Counted from the stretch's first letter, positions 1 through 8,942 are shown. The stretch: 24,243 bases of DNA from Candidatus Heimdallarchaeota archaeon (GCA_019057375.1 DXJF01000092.1:1-24243), one strand, 5' to 3'. The notes: generated by a model from the letters alone, not told the origin. Program-made: numbers and translations.

Positions 1-2
1 AG

Positions 3-206
3 TTCTATGCAGTATATCACTTTATTGCTTTGGCATTGCTAGCCGTGGTTGCCGTGATTCCACTCAGGAGAACAGAGAAGTGGGCCTGGTTCTCAATCCT
101 GGTTTTCGGTGGAATCGGTCTGGGTTTTGGCATTGCTCTCTGGGCTCCGTATTTCCCCGTCATGTATGTTCTTTTTGCGATATGGGTGGCGATTCTGTTT
201 ACTTAA
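3..206 (+). CDS. 3' end of a membrane protein, truncated by the window edge
   Basis: The open frame from position 3 reads FYAVYHFIALALLAVVAVIPLRRTEKWAWFSILVFGGIGLGFGIALWAPYFPVMYVLFAIWVAILFT and stops at TAA 204-206. It has about three hydrophobic segments and an IPxRRxExWAW loop of the kind seen in small bacterial and archaeal membrane proteins. It is absent from the ORF track because no start codon lies in the window. Confidence 0.75.
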   Translation, partial: FYAVYHFIALALLAVVAVIPLRRTEKWAWFSILVFGGIGLGFGIALWAPYFPVMYVLFAIWVAILFT

Positions 207-689
207 TTGTGATAATGCAGAATATAAATATTACATGCAGTCAACTTTAGTTTTTATTATTTATAATTACTAGTCTGACTAAGATTTTATTAATCTTTTT
301 TTCTAATTCCGCAGTTATTTCAATTTCCCTTATAATTTGCAGTTCTTTATATATTTTAGTTAGGTAAAGCGTGAGCATTTTCACCAAGAGTAATTAAGAC
401 ATTAACATTATTATTAGTTAATATTTGAAATAATGAAGAATCTTCCCTAGAAAAATAAGGGTTAATTTAGAATTTCTTAGAATAATACAATAGTTACAGA
501 AATTTTTCTAATAATCATTGAAATAATGATTACACAACAATTTCCATTTAAATTCTAAAAAACTCTCATATAAATCAGGATAAAGCACGTATAGGACTTC
601 TAACAAAATGATCCCTTCTTTTCATATAGAATCAAATAGAGTAATATTGAAGAAATTGAAAAAAAGTGTGGGTCACCTAAATAATAAGC

Positions 690-1247
690 TTAGCTGATTT
701 CCACAAAGATACTAACTGGTCCAAGTTCTATATCTAAAGATAAATCACTACCAGGTGTTGTTAATTTTAATGAAATGTTGATGTACAACTCATAAGTTCC
801 TGAGCTTGTTAATCCCTCATCTGGTCCTAGTACAACTGACACTTCGTGCTGCCCTTCTCCATGAACCAGACCTATATTGATTTCTTTGACTATTTCACCA
901 TCTTTCTTTATAATAAAACTTATGGAAAGTTCTAATGACATATCAACATTTGGCGCATCGTTTGCTACATCATTTCTTCCACCTATACCACTAAAAGCAT
1001 ATGCATATGCATTTTGTGAGCTATTCTGTAATTCAACATTCCATGCAGTTATCGAAGGTTTTATAGTTTGACTTTTCAGGGATTTGCTCAATGATAGAGT
1101 TGCTGTACTATCAAAAGTCAAAGTGCCCTCAACTGTTTGAACTGTAAATCCACCATAGATCATAACTGGTAGAAATACTAGTATACCTAATATTGTTATA
1201 ATTCCTATAACAAGCAAGAGTTTTTTCATATTTTTCATATTAATCAT
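690..1247 (-). CDS. Hypothetical secreted or N-terminally membrane-anchored protein (185 aa)
   Basis: Basic N-terminus (MKNMKK) followed by a hydrophobic helix (LLLVIGIITILGILVFLPVMIYGG) and a beta-rich remainder. No family recognised. The true start may be a downstream ATG (1238 or 1229). Confidence 0.8.
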   Translation of the reverse strand: MINMKNMKKLLLVIGIITILGILVFLPVMIYGGFTVQTVEGTLTFDSTATLSLSKSLKSQTIKPSITAWNVELQNSSQNAYAYAFSGIGGRNDVANDAPNVDMSLELSISFIIKKDGEIVKEINIGLVHGEGQHEVSVVLGPDEGLTSSGTYELYINISLKLTTPGSDLSLDIELGPVSIFVEIS

Positions 1248-1281
1248 ATAAAGTAATGAGTGATAAGTAATAAGGAATTTT

Positions 1282-1297
1282 CCTTAATAAATTAAGG
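1282..1297. promoter_or_regulatory. Palindromic operator candidate, copy 1: CCTTAA-TAAA-TTAAGG
   Basis: Perfect 6-bp arms (7 bp with the flanking T/A), 35-50 bp upstream of the 1247 start codon. The 17-mer TCCTTAATAAATTAAGG is identical at 1281-1297 and 2450-2466. Confidence 0.7.
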
Positions 1298-1360
1298 ATT
1301 ACAGCAATAATATATTGAATTTCAGAGACGATTCTAAATAAAAAAAAAAGTGAAAAGGAT

Positions 1361-2383
1361 TTAGTTCCTTTTCTTTCTATAAATATAGTTTGCCATCACA
1401 GCTAAAGTTCCAAAACCTATGATGAGTAAGCTTATTGTTCCTATACCAGCTGATTCACTGCCTATAGATCCTATTGAAGGGTCATAAATTAACTCATCAT
1501 CAAAATGTTCAAAGCACAGATAATATTGGACATTATCATCTCCTTCAGAGCTGTATGATGCTTCTACACCCTTGGTCTGATATTCATTGTTAATGCGATT
1601 TTGTGATTGAGTAGCATATCCAAAATATCCTTCTACGTCCCCACTTCTAATGCTAACAGTTTGTTTAACATCTTCTGTGTGTTCAGCTTTCTGTTCCATT
1701 CCTGTAGTGTTACTTCCTGTGTTTATAGGTATGCCTGGTTCTTGTTCAATTTCGTCTTCATTATTATCAGAAGAAATGTCAAATCTTATTGCAAGTTTAG
1801 AATCATCTTTTTGCCATGGCCAATTTTTGACAATTAGATCAAATTTGAGTTCGCTTCCACCTTCTAATTGATAACCGTTAATAATTTGGTCTTCAAAATA
1901 GAGATGTGCAACAATAGCTAATTCTACACCTGCGTAGAAAGGATCTAAAATGTTTGCTGATGTAAAGTTGAAGTGAACTGCAACAGTAGTTTCTGCTACA
2001 TCTTCAGTTTCAAATCCACTGAACTCCCAGATAACGCTAGGTAAAGCAAGGATGGTATTATATCTAATTTCTCCTATTTCAGGAGGTTCAGTTCCCCATA
2101 CATTGGTTTCATTATATTGAAAAACGCCATCTTCATTGAAGTCATAGAATTCTGCTAAAAGCTTAAACATTATGTTATATGATAATCCGCTTTCTAGCTG
2201 ATAGTGGAATTTGGGTACTTGACCACCTGCATTAACCATTATTGTTAGATCATCGACTGTTAAGGTTACTACATTATTTAGTTCTTGATAGCCTATTCCT
2301 TCATCTGCTAAGGTTTGACTTGCTGAAAAGAAAATCAAAACCATCAGACTTAAACCGAGGTAATATTTTTTGTGTAATTTCAT
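1361..2383 (-). CDS. Secreted type I membrane protein (signal peptide, acidic beta-rich ectodomain, C-terminal TM helix and basic tail)
   Basis: Signal peptide ending TLA-DE. Motifs KFDLIVKNWPW and FEHFDDELIYDPSIG. C-terminal TM (IGTISLLIIGFGTLAVMANYIY) followed by RKKRN. Confidence 0.85.
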   Translation of the reverse strand: MKLHKKYYLGLSLMVLIFFSASQTLADEGIGYQELNNVVTLTVDDLTIMVNAGGQVPKFHYQLESGLSYNIMFKLLAEFYDFNEDGVFQYNETNVWGTEPPEIGEIRYNTILALPSVIWEFSGFETEDVAETTVAVHFNFTSANILDPFYAGVELAIVAHLYFEDQIINGYQLEGGSELKFDLIVKNWPWQKDDSKLAIRFDISSDNNEDEIEQEPGIPINTGSNTTGMEQKAEHTEDVKQTVSIRSGDVEGYFGYATQSQNRINNEYQTKGVEASYSSEGDDNVQYYLCFEHFDDELIYDPSIGSIGSESAGIGTISLLIIGFGTLAVMANYIYRKKRN

Positions 2384-2450
2384 TAAATCACCATATAGAA
2401 CTTCTCACCACGTTTCTAATATCTTATTCTTTGTTTTTCCAAGGCTTCAT

Positions 2451-2466
2451 CCTTAATAAATTAAGG
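2451..2466. promoter_or_regulatory. Palindromic operator candidate, copy 2: CCTTAA-TAAA-TTAAGG
   Basis: Identical to copy 1. It lies in the 136-bp divergent intergenic region between the 2383(-) gene and the wHTH regulator at 2520(+). Confidence 0.7.
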
Positions 2467-2519
2467 TTGAAATTTAAAGGAAAGTATTTAATAAAACAAT
2501 TAACACTGATATTGTACTA

Positions 2520-3362
2520 ATGGAGAGCGACAAAAAAAATCTTGCTGAGATGAAAACTTTTGCAAGTGAGGTCAGACGGGAGATAATAGCTTACATTTCA
2601 GCTTCAGGATCTATATCATATACAGAACTGAAAGAGGATTTATCGCTTTCTGATGGAGGTTTATATTATCATCTAAAAATGATGAAAAATTATTTAGAAA
2701 GGGATAATCAGAATTTCTATCGTTTGAATGATAATGGGAAAAGGATCCATAATGTACTATTTCACGAACAAGAATATGTTTTAGAGAAAAAACAAATTGA
2801 CCAAATAGATAGTTCCCAAAGGATTATTGGGCGGCTTATTACCTCTAACATAGTTTATTATTTCTTAAGTACAAAAACCAGAAGTTTCATTGAGCTAAAT
2901 GTAGTTTTAATAGTTGTTGCTTGGCTTTTTAGTTTTACCAATAGTACTTTCAGTTCTATTGCAATATTATTTCATGGTGGAGCAATAATCAATTCCATTA
3001 TCACTTTAATTCACTGGTATTTATATTTCATTCTGATTGTAGTGATTCTTAAAGTGATGAAAAAACAGTTTAATAGTGTTGATTTGAGTATTGCAGTTCT
3101 GGTGGGCATATTGCCCTACTTAATTTATCTTATCCCAGCAGGAATATTCTTTCTAGTTCTAACAAACACTCCAATCTGGGTAGATATCATTTTAACGATT
3201 TTATTGACGGCTTGTAAAATTTGGTCAATTCTGCTAATAACTGGAGGAATTTCGATTATCTCAAAATGTAAAAAAATTCATGCATTATTAATTGCATCTT
3301 CATTAATACTTATTGATTATATCTATCTTACAATTTACACCTATATAGCATTGGGTTCTTAA
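2520..3362 (+). CDS. Membrane-anchored winged-helix transcriptional regulator (ArsR-like wHTH plus about five TM helices, Yip1-like C-terminus)
   Basis: N-terminal wHTH pattern RREIIAYI..SGSISYTELKEDLSLSDGGLYYHLKMM...RDNQNFYRLNDNG, followed by multiple hydrophobic helices from about residue 120 to the end. Confidence 0.85.
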   Translation: MESDKKNLAEMKTFASEVRREIIAYISASGSISYTELKEDLSLSDGGLYYHLKMMKNYLERDNQNFYRLNDNGKRIHNVLFHEQEYVLEKKQIDQIDSSQRIIGRLITSNIVYYFLSTKTRSFIELNVVLIVVAWLFSFTNSTFSSIAILFHGGAIINSIITLIHWYLYFILIVVILKVMKKQFNSVDLSIAVLVGILPYLIYLIPAGIFFLVLTNTPIWVDIILTILLTACKIWSILLITGGISIISKCKKIHALLIASSLILIDYIYLTIYTYIALGS

Positions 3363-3379
3363 AAAATCAAATAAACTAA

Positions 3380-3395
3380 CCTTAAAAAATTAAAG
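3380..3395. promoter_or_regulatory. Operator candidate, copy 3: CCTTAA-AAAA-TTAAAG (one arm mismatch)
   Basis: 11 of 12 arm positions match copies 1 and 2 with the same 4-bp spacing. It lies 38-53 bp upstream of the 3433 start. Confidence 0.55.
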
Positions 3396-3432
3396 CAAAT
3401 AAGATAAAAGAAATAAAGAAAGAGTATATTAT

Positions 3433-4077
3433 GTGAGAGAAATGGATAAAAGAAATATAGTTAGTGGTGTCTTGATTTGTTTAGTACTGGGTAACTTTGC
3501 ATTAGCAACAACTATAACAATCAAGGATATAGACAGTCTCATAGAAGAATTGGATAATTTTCTTGAACATGAAGGCACTTTAAATATCTTTTTTTCCAGT
3601 AATATTTCTCAACAAATTGATTCTGAAACAGAAAATTTGAAATTCTCACTACTACCTATAATCAACCAGTCTTATACTATATTAGAAGTATGGATAACTA
3701 TTACAGAAATTGGTTTAGTTGGAATAGATACAGATAATTTCACCATTTTTGGAATTTCTTATCAGTTTGATTTATATGAAGGAGTTAATACTAGCAAATT
3801 TCTCCAATCTGCTGATATTGCAGAGGGTTTGTATTCAGCAGTTTTCCTATACTTTGATGAACAGATTCAAGTGAAAACTACTGAAGGAACTATAAATTTA
3901 ATTCTGCCAGAAAGCAATTTCGTTGTAATACCTTTTAAGTTTCTTGACAATGGTAGTCTAATAGTTGATTTAGATATTATACAGAACCAAACAACTCAAA
4001 TTTTATTGAGGTTTGATGTTATTATTATTTGGATAACGAATACTACTATTATAACAGTAAATTCCTTTATAATTTAG
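3433..4077 (+). CDS. DUF4382-like secreted beta-sandwich protein
   Basis: N-terminal hydrophobic helix, then the pattern VWITITEI...FDLYEG...ADIAEGLYSAVFLYF...LPES...LIVDLDI...LLRFDV, which follows the DUF4382 pattern as I recall it. The start may be ATG 3442. Confidence 0.65.
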   Translation: MREMDKRNIVSGVLICLVLGNFALATTITIKDIDSLIEELDNFLEHEGTLNIFFSSNISQQIDSETENLKFSLLPIINQSYTILEVWITITEIGLVGIDTDNFTIFGISYQFDLYEGVNTSKFLQSADIAEGLYSAVFLYFDEQIQVKTTEGTINLILPESNFVVIPFKFLDNGSLIVDLDIIQNQTTQILLRFDVIIIWITNTTIITVNSFII

Positions 4078-4106
4078 TAAGAAAAAGAAAAGAAAGGAAG
4101 GAGAAG
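4078..4106 (-). terminator. T-rich archaeal-type terminator candidate for 4107..5885
   Basis: The plus-strand run gaaaaagaaaagaaaggaaggagaag is a pure T/C tract on the minus strand immediately after the stop codon, between convergent genes. Confidence 0.45.
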
Positions 4107-5885
4107 TTATTTTTTACCAGTCTTTGGACTTCTTATTTTGGGTCCAGTTTTTACAAAAACAACAACAATTGTTGTTATTAGAAGCTGAACTCCACCTATG
4201 ATTGCAGCTAAAACCAGAATTTCGCCAATTCTTAACGATTTGAAGAAACCGGGGGATATTTCATCTTCAAGAACCTGAATAGATTCAATGTTTGATAAAC
4301 TACTTTGACCATAATCGTTGCTAGCAAGAACCGTATAGAAATAGGTTCCAGTTGCGTTAATGTCATCCACATACGATATAGAAGAAACAGTTGCTATGGG
4401 AGTTAAACCATAAACAGAGGAGATGTAGGAAATATCACGATAGATCTGATAGCTCACAGCACCACTTGCTTCAGTCCAACTAAGGCTAATATTCCCAAGC
4501 TGAGCTGGATTGGGAACAATACTGTTAAGAGTAGGTGTTTCAGGACTACCTACAAATTTCTTATAAAATAGATCTGTGTCTGTACCTGAACCTAACAAGT
4601 GATCAGTTGAATCTAACCAGATAACATATAAATGACCTAAAGAATCTATATCTATTTTTGGTCGATCACCATAACTATCATGATCATATGTTAAAACAGT
4701 GTATGGTGACCAAGTTTTCGTATTTAAATCAAGACACTTGAAGAAAACGTTATCAGAATCACCCACACCACCAATATTCATGCTCTCTCTCCAAACGACA
4801 AATACGTGATCTCCTTCATCTACAACTAAATCACAGTTAAAGGAAGTTTCCGGGCTTTCAATAGACACTACTTCAGTCATACTCCAAGTATTTGAGCTTG
4901 TACTACAGCTCTTGTAAAAAATATCCTGATCGGTCTCAGCTCCATCATAGTTTGTTATATCGTACCAAACAACATGAAAGAACCCCTCTGCCTCATTTGA
5001 TATAACGGGTGAGTAAGAAGCAGCTGTAGATTCTGAACTTACTACGCTTACCAGAGACCAGGTTATGAAACCATTATATAATTTTCTGAAGAAAATATCT
5101 TGATCAATACCTGCTCCAGCATAGTCTGTATCATCTTCCCAAACAAAATTTATTGACCCTTGTTCAGCTAAAGCAATAATGACTTCTGTAGATTGGGCCG
5201 TGCTAGAATCAGATACAACTTGTGAGGTAGACCAAACATCACTTAAGGATCTATATTTGTAGAAGATGTCACTATCTCCACCACAACTTAGATAATCTGT
5301 CAAATCTTCCCATGAAACATGGATTACTCCATTAGAATCAACAACTATTGATGGGATATATGAACTAGCACTACTTTCAGTCGAAACAAGTTCAACTGCT
5401 CCCCATCCCGAAGAAGTTCTTTGTTTATAGAAAATATCAGCATCAGCACCAGCCCCAAGGATGTTGGTTGAATCATACCAAACTACATGGACAGTATTTT
5501 CATGATCAACGGCAATACACGGACGCTGAGAATGAGCAGTGCTTTCTGTAGAAACAAGCTCCATCTCCCCCCAGGTTTTAGTAGAGTAATCATACTTTTT
5601 ATAGAAAACGTCTATATCAGTTCCAGCTAATAGGATATCGTCTGAACTATATGTGATTGTATGGATATTGTTATCTTTATCTATTGCTAGATTTGAAATA
5701 TAATTATGTGTATCAAATTCAGGAGTAATAAGTTCTAGAGGTTCCCACCACCATGAAGAAAAATCTTTTTCAATTACAGATTGCTCTGTCATATTATCAT
5801 AAATCGTTGAATTTGTTAGCGAAGAAATAGGAATTATCATTAACAACATTAGCACAAAAATCAAGGCAATTCTTTTCATATTCAT
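4107..5885 (-). CDS. Cell-surface protein: signal peptide, 7-bladed beta-propeller, FN3 domain, TM helix, basic tail (paralogue A)
   Basis: Seven repeats of about 57 aa with consensus P.I..D..G..HVVW.D.T...G.G.D.DIFYK.....W...E.VS.ES. FN3 motif NISLSW....GAVSYQIYR...Y.D....G.Y.Y.V.A.N.YG.S. TM ILVLAAIIGGVQLLITTIVVVFV, then KTGPKIRSPKTGKK. Confidence 0.9.
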   Translation of the reverse strand: MNMKRIALIFVLMLLMIIPISSLTNSTIYDNMTEQSVIEKDFSSWWWEPLELITPEFDTHNYISNLAIDKDNNIHTITYSSDDILLAGTDIDVFYKKYDYSTKTWGEMELVSTESTAHSQRPCIAVDHENTVHVVWYDSTNILGAGADADIFYKQRTSSGWGAVELVSTESSASSYIPSIVVDSNGVIHVSWEDLTDYLSCGGDSDIFYKYRSLSDVWSTSQVVSDSSTAQSTEVIIALAEQGSINFVWEDDTDYAGAGIDQDIFFRKLYNGFITWSLVSVVSSESTAASYSPVISNEAEGFFHVVWYDITNYDGAETDQDIFYKSCSTSSNTWSMTEVVSIESPETSFNCDLVVDEGDHVFVVWRESMNIGGVGDSDNVFFKCLDLNTKTWSPYTVLTYDHDSYGDRPKIDIDSLGHLYVIWLDSTDHLLGSGTDTDLFYKKFVGSPETPTLNSIVPNPAQLGNISLSWTEASGAVSYQIYRDISYISSVYGLTPIATVSSISYVDDINATGTYFYTVLASNDYGQSSLSNIESIQVLEDEISPGFFKSLRIGEILVLAAIIGGVQLLITTIVVVFVKTGPKIRSPKTGKK

Positions 5886-6034
5886 TCTAGTTCACTAATT
5901 ACTACAGATGTATCAACAATCTATAAGTATTCTGCAAAACTTTGATAGTAAAAGTCTATTAGAAATTCAAAATCAAACCATCAGGAGAAAACCATTCAAT
6001 GATTAGATTGAAAGTATTAGTTTATATTGTAAAA

Positions 6035-6064
6035 CAAAAGGAAAAATGAAAAGAAAAAGGATTA
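6035..6064 (-). terminator. T-rich terminator candidate for 6065..7849
   Basis: The A/G-rich plus-strand run caaaaggaaaaatgaaaagaaaaagg directly follows the stop codon on the minus strand. Confidence 0.4.
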
Positions 6065-7849
6065 CTATTTCTTCTTCTGCTTAGGTTTAGCTGTAGATTG
6101 AATCTTACTATTGATAAGTGTAATAGTTAGTAAGAAAAATATCATTTGCAATCCTAAAACAATTCCAGCAAAGATTAGTAACTCACCAATTTCAAGTGAA
6201 GCAAATATACCGGTAGAAGTTTCTTCTATGACTTCAACAAACTCAACATTTGAGACAAGACTTTCTCCGTATTCATTTGTCGCTACTACTGCGTAATAAT
6301 AGTATCCGGTTGTATCTACAGTGTCAGTATAAGTTGTAGTTGTAGAAGTATCTATTGGTGTTAATCCTGAAACTGAGGAGAATTGAGATGTTTCTCGAAA
6401 TATTTCATAACTTATTGCATCTTGTACTGATGACCAGCTCAAAGAAATATTTCCAACAGAGATAGGGTTTGGATTTATCTCATCTAGGACGGGTTGTATA
6501 GGAGTTCCTACGAATTTTTTGTAGAAAAGATCATAATCTGCACCTGAACCTAATAAACTTGTATCAGAATCTTGGAAAATTGTATGTACGTGACCTAAGG
6601 AATCAATTGCTAAACCTGGGGAAAAAGAATTAGCTAAGTTGTCATATGTAAGTATAGCTAAAGAAGACCAAGTATGAGTATTTAAATCAAGATACTTGAA
6701 TAAGATATTATTACCTGTTCCTCCTCCACCAACATCTGTAGTATCTTCCCAAATAACATAAATACTATTTGTACCGTCAACGTCAACTTCTGGACGAAAA
6801 GAAGTTCCTGTACTCTCTGTTGAAACAATGTCTGATATTGACCATGAATCAAGTCTGGAATCATAGCTCTTATAGAAAATATCAGCGTCAGATCCTGCTC
6901 CTTCATAATCTGAATAGTCGTACCAAACAATGTGAATCATACCATCTACTCCTTTAGAAAGACTAGGTGATGCAGATGTGCCATCACTTTCGGAACTTAT
7001 TAATTTTAAAGGAGACCAAGTAATGAAATCATTGTCCAGTTGTCGATAAAATACATCTTGGTCGGCACCAGATCCTAAAATATTTGATTGATCATTCCAA
7101 GCTATTATTATGTTTTCTTGTGAATCAAGTTGTATTTCTGGATTAAATGCGGATTGTGTACTTAAATCCGTAACGATTTCAGCTGCAGACCATATCCCTA
7201 TTGCAGATCTATGTTTGTAAAAAATGTCTTGATCTCCATCAGCGAGTGTGTAATCTGCAAAATCTTCCCAAGCTACATGTGCTACACCATTTGAATCAGC
7301 TACAATCGATAAATAAGTAGATGTACTATCACTTTCTATTGAAACAAGTTCAGTAGATCCCCATCCAGAAGAAGTTTTTACCTTATAACAGATATCTCTA
7401 TCAGTACCTGATCCCAAAATATCAGCTGATTCAAGCCAAACAATATGTACAGACCCCGTTGAATCAACTGCAATTTCAGGATTTTCAGAATAACTTGAAC
7501 CATCAATTGAAACAAGTTCTAGTTCAGACCAGCTCTTTGTCAAATAATCAAATTTCTTATAAAACACGTCTCTGTCAGTTCCTGCACTCAGAATATCTTC
7601 ATCTGAGGAGGTTACTATGTGTATATCATTTCTGTTATCAACAGCGATTCTAGAAAAATAATTATGTGTATCAAATTCTGTAGAAATCAGTTCCAATGGT
7701 TCCCACCACCAAGAAGATAAATCATTTAGACGAATGTCATCATCTATACTAACCTTATCAGATAAGGAATTAACATTCATTGAGGTTGGTAAGAATCCGA
7801 CTAAGAGAACTAGAAAATTTATTGTAAATAGAATTTTTACTCTTTTCAT
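6065..7849 (-). CDS. Cell-surface protein: signal peptide, 7-bladed beta-propeller, FN3 domain, TM helix, basic tail (paralogue B)
   Basis: Same architecture as 4107..5885, collinear with it, and sharing the SSWWWEPLELI and EFDTHNY blocks. The 20-nt stretch taattatgtgtatcaaattc is identical at 5701-5720 and 7659-7678. Confidence 0.9.
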   Translation of the reverse strand: MKRVKILFTINFLVLLVGFLPTSMNVNSLSDKVSIDDDIRLNDLSSWWWEPLELISTEFDTHNYFSRIAVDNRNDIHIVTSSDEDILSAGTDRDVFYKKFDYLTKSWSELELVSIDGSSYSENPEIAVDSTGSVHIVWLESADILGSGTDRDICYKVKTSSGWGSTELVSIESDSTSTYLSIVADSNGVAHVAWEDFADYTLADGDQDIFYKHRSAIGIWSAAEIVTDLSTQSAFNPEIQLDSQENIIIAWNDQSNILGSGADQDVFYRQLDNDFITWSPLKLISSESDGTSASPSLSKGVDGMIHIVWYDYSDYEGAGSDADIFYKSYDSRLDSWSISDIVSTESTGTSFRPEVDVDGTNSIYVIWEDTTDVGGGGTGNNILFKYLDLNTHTWSSLAILTYDNLANSFSPGLAIDSLGHVHTIFQDSDTSLLGSGADYDLFYKKFVGTPIQPVLDEINPNPISVGNISLSWSSVQDAISYEIFRETSQFSSVSGLTPIDTSTTTTYTDTVDTTGYYYYAVVATNEYGESLVSNVEFVEVIEETSTGIFASLEIGELLIFAGIVLGLQMIFFLLTITLINSKIQSTAKPKQKKK

Positions 7850-8092
7850 TATAATACAACCAATTCTTACTTACAAAAGAATATTCTAAAAACTTTCCTC
7901 ACAAATATGTTAAAGTTACTTAACGGAGAGATGTCAGCTAACTTCTTGCTTCCGTAAATGCTCTTTGAAACCTATATCTAATCTATATGTATCTTTAATT
8001 GCAGATGTCAGGCGTACATTTCCACTTTCAAAGCACTCCCACCAAATATCTAAACAATAAATGTTTAAAGACATAAAAAACTACAATTTATC

Positions 8093-8869
8093 ATGAATTA
8101 CATGTTAGCACCCATGGAAAAGATAACCGATTCCAGTTTTAGGCACATTTGCCATAAATATGGTGCAGATCTTACTTTTACAGAACAAATTAGATTTGAA
8201 ACTTTGGTCAAGAAAACAAAATCAGCCTTAGAGAGAATTAAACTTCATGATGATACGCCTACAATGATCCAGATTATGGGGAAGGATGAGGAAAAATTAG
8301 ATAAGTTCATGAGAGAGTTTATTCCTGAAAGAGGTTTTCAAGGCTTTAACCTGAATCTTGGCTGCCCTTCTCAAACTTATGTTAGTCAAGGTATTGGAAG
8401 TGCAATGATTAAAAGACCAACTAAAGTCAAGAGAATGGTTGATTTGATCAAGAATTATGGTTACAATGTTAATGTTAAGTTGCGTCTTGGAGTAAATTTG
8501 ACAGAGAAGAGAGAAAAAGTATATCTTAAGTTAATAGAAAAAGTAGATGCGGATTTTTTTGTTGTACATGCTCGATATAGATCTGAGTCGTATGAAAGGA
8601 AAGCCGATTGGAGTGTTTTTCCTGAATGTGTTAATACAGGAAAAGCCATTGTTGCTAATGGTGATATTCAAACTAAGATGGATGTAGAGAAAATGAAAGA
8701 AATCGGTTGCATCGGAGTTATGATTGGGAGAGCTGCAACGAATAATCCTCTGATTTTTGGACAATTAAAAGATATGAAATTACCAACATTAGAATCTGTA
8801 AAAAAGGAATATATTGAATTGTGTAATAATCGAGATATTAATTGTTCTGAGAATGAGTTAAGTTTCTAA
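8093..8869 (+). CDS. dus: tRNA-dihydrouridine synthase family protein
   Basis: Motifs LAPMEKITDSSFR, NLNLGCP (catalytic Cys), VNVKLRLG, VVHARYR, ADWSV, IVANGDI and GVMIGRAA are characteristic of the FMN-dependent Dus TIM barrel. Confidence 0.92.
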   Translation: MNYMLAPMEKITDSSFRHICHKYGADLTFTEQIRFETLVKKTKSALERIKLHDDTPTMIQIMGKDEEKLDKFMREFIPERGFQGFNLNLGCPSQTYVSQGIGSAMIKRPTKVKRMVDLIKNYGYNVNVKLRLGVNLTEKREKVYLKLIEKVDADFFVVHARYRSESYERKADWSVFPECVNTGKAIVANGDIQTKMDVEKMKEIGCIGVMIGRAATNNPLIFGQLKDMKLPTLESVKKEYIELCNNRDINCSENELSF

Positions 8870-8918
8870 ATGATGAACAAATAATATTTGAACAGAACAG
8901 AAAGTGACAACATTTATT

Positions 8919-8936
8919 TATAAGTAATCACTTATA
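8919..8936. promoter_or_regulatory. Operator candidate TATAAGT-AATC-ACTTATA upstream of arsR
   Basis: Perfect 7-bp inverted repeat ending 6 bp before the ArsR ATG. A near-identical copy lies at 9378-9395. Confidence 0.75.
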
Positions 8937-8942
8937 CACTTA

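Noticed and set aside
445-460. CCCTAG-AAAA-ATAAGG as a fourth wHTH operator, and CCTTAA-AA-TTAATGG at 11615
   Set aside because: The first has three arm mismatches and no adjacent gene start, and the second has the wrong spacing. Both are plausible by chance in AT-rich DNA.
207-689. Long AT-rich intergenic region as an origin or decayed gene
   Set aside because: I found no ORB-like repeats, no adjacent cdc6/orc1 gene and no sustained reading frame.
4107-7849. Calling the propeller proteins integrin-alpha homologues
   Set aside because: No FG-GAP motifs and no GFFKR tail are visible, so the similarity is architectural only.
7929-8011. 9-bp direct repeat AGATGTCAG (7929-7937 and 8003-8011) and a weak hairpin in the divergent intergenic region
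   Set aside because: It is too short and imperfect to support a regulatory site or ncRNA.
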